This document shows positions 31,524 to 32,000 of a stretch of 32,000 bases of DNA, in pieces. The stretch comes from Candidatus Saccharimonadota bacterium. GTDB taxonomy: Bacteria; Patescibacteriota; Gracilibacteria; BD1-5; UBA2023. A program made the translations under genes and the position numbers. The notes under the pieces are model-generated. The model was not told where the DNA came from. It made no database searches and saw only the letters and a list, made by a program, of their open reading frames with translations. The DNA is taken from NCBI GenBank assembly GCA_042852035.1, contig BAAFHK010000002.1:150001-182000 (forward strand), read 5' to 3'. Position 1 is the first letter of the stretch, and the number at the start of each line of letters is the position of its first letter.

Positions 31524-32000
31524 ATGAAAACACTTCTTCGTAAAGACATTCCGGAGGACTTTGTTTATTATCGAACAGGATCGATAGTTTTTTTTGAGTA
31601 TTTGAAGCAGTTTCGTACCTATATAGTCCAAAAAGTTCATAAGCGATGAGATTTTTTTTCAGCTACTCAGATTTTTCCTGGATTCTGGTCCATTACTGCA
31701 GAGAAAATTGACACTGAACTTTCGAAGGTGATTCTCAAAAAATATCGAATATTTCATGGAATTATCTGGTGGACTCCCATGAGAAGAATAGCGAAACCAA
31801 AATGATGGTTAGGAATGCCAACCTGGTGGGTGAAACGAGATATTCATTCTTCCCGGAGCGCGTTCTCTATTCTTGATCAAGTAAACTATTGGGAAAAATG
31901 GTCATCTAAGGCACGAGCTCATCGCAGGAAGGTGCTGGAGCATATTGAGAATGGGAGCTTTCGTATAAGAAAAGATGTAACTCTTGATGAATTTCTTTTT
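31524..32000 (+). CDS. Hypothetical protein, possible FemAB/GNAT-like acyltransferase, 3' end outside window
   Basis: 159 codons open to the window edge. W-rich. YWEKWSSKARAHRRKVLEHIENGSFRIRKD resembles the W..l..k.R..irka.k.G motif of FemAB/Acetyltransf_6 proteins. ATG abuts the upstream stop. Confidence 0.55.

Noticed and set aside
1-32000. Interpretation as a decayed region full of pseudogenes or frameshifts, because the standard-code ORFs are short fragments
   Set aside because: Fragments of each gene stay in the same frame and are separated only by TGA. No TAA or TAG interrupts them, and conserved motifs are intact once TGA is read as Gly.
1-32000. Genetic code 4 (UGA = Trp, Mycoplasma-like) or selenocysteine insertion
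   Set aside because: TGA falls on invariant Gly positions (GxxGxGKT, TSGxxGxPKG, RGDLG, GLGL), not on Trp positions. It is far too frequent for Sec (dozens per 10 kb), and I saw no SECIS-like context.
1-32000. Scan for transposases, integrases, phage genes, toxin-antitoxin pairs, restriction-modification or other known defence modules
   Set aside because: None of the 27 table-25 translations shows the corresponding motifs (DDE, tyrosine recombinase RHRY, and so on). I found no direct or inverted repeats flanking the lipid cluster within the window.

Overview
AT-rich 32 kb window that only makes sense when UGA is read as glycine (translation table 25, as in Gracilibacteria/Absconditabacteria of the Patescibacteria/CPR). 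The supplied standard-code ORF track fragments every gene. All interruptions are TGA, and they fall on invariant Gly positions of well-known motifs: Walker A, the AMP-binding core, pyruvate kinase, AlaRS, the Nudix box and the HATPase G2 box. I re-read the sequence by hand with TGA=Gly and TAA/TAG as the only stops. This gives 27 tightly packed CDS, 26 on the + strand and 1 on the - strand, with very short or overlapping junctions. I found no Shine-Dalgarno motifs, tRNA/rRNA genes, CRISPR arrays or mobile elements. Content in order: (i) 2-13637, an accessory acyl-lipid/beta-lactone-like biosynthetic cluster with two acyl-AMP ligases, an AurF-like diiron oxygenase, a FabH/OleA-like thiolase, an SDR, an FAD oxidase-methyltransferase fusion, a YiiX-like permuted papain, an Sfp-type PPTase, membrane proteins and a transporter. 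(ii) 13662-19606, a 1376-aa secreted and C-terminally anchored giant protein in one operon with a MacB/FtsX-type ABC pair. (iii) Housekeeping and miscellaneous genes: short alaS, an asparaginase-like N-domain protein, a cupredoxin-like/Cys-His repeat protein, DUF1653, an esterase, pyk, a convergent histidine kinase/OmpR-type regulator pair, Nudix, pepF, a CHAP-like amidase and a 3'-truncated possible FemAB/GNAT-like gene. All functional calls rest on motif recognition by eye. No database search was run.
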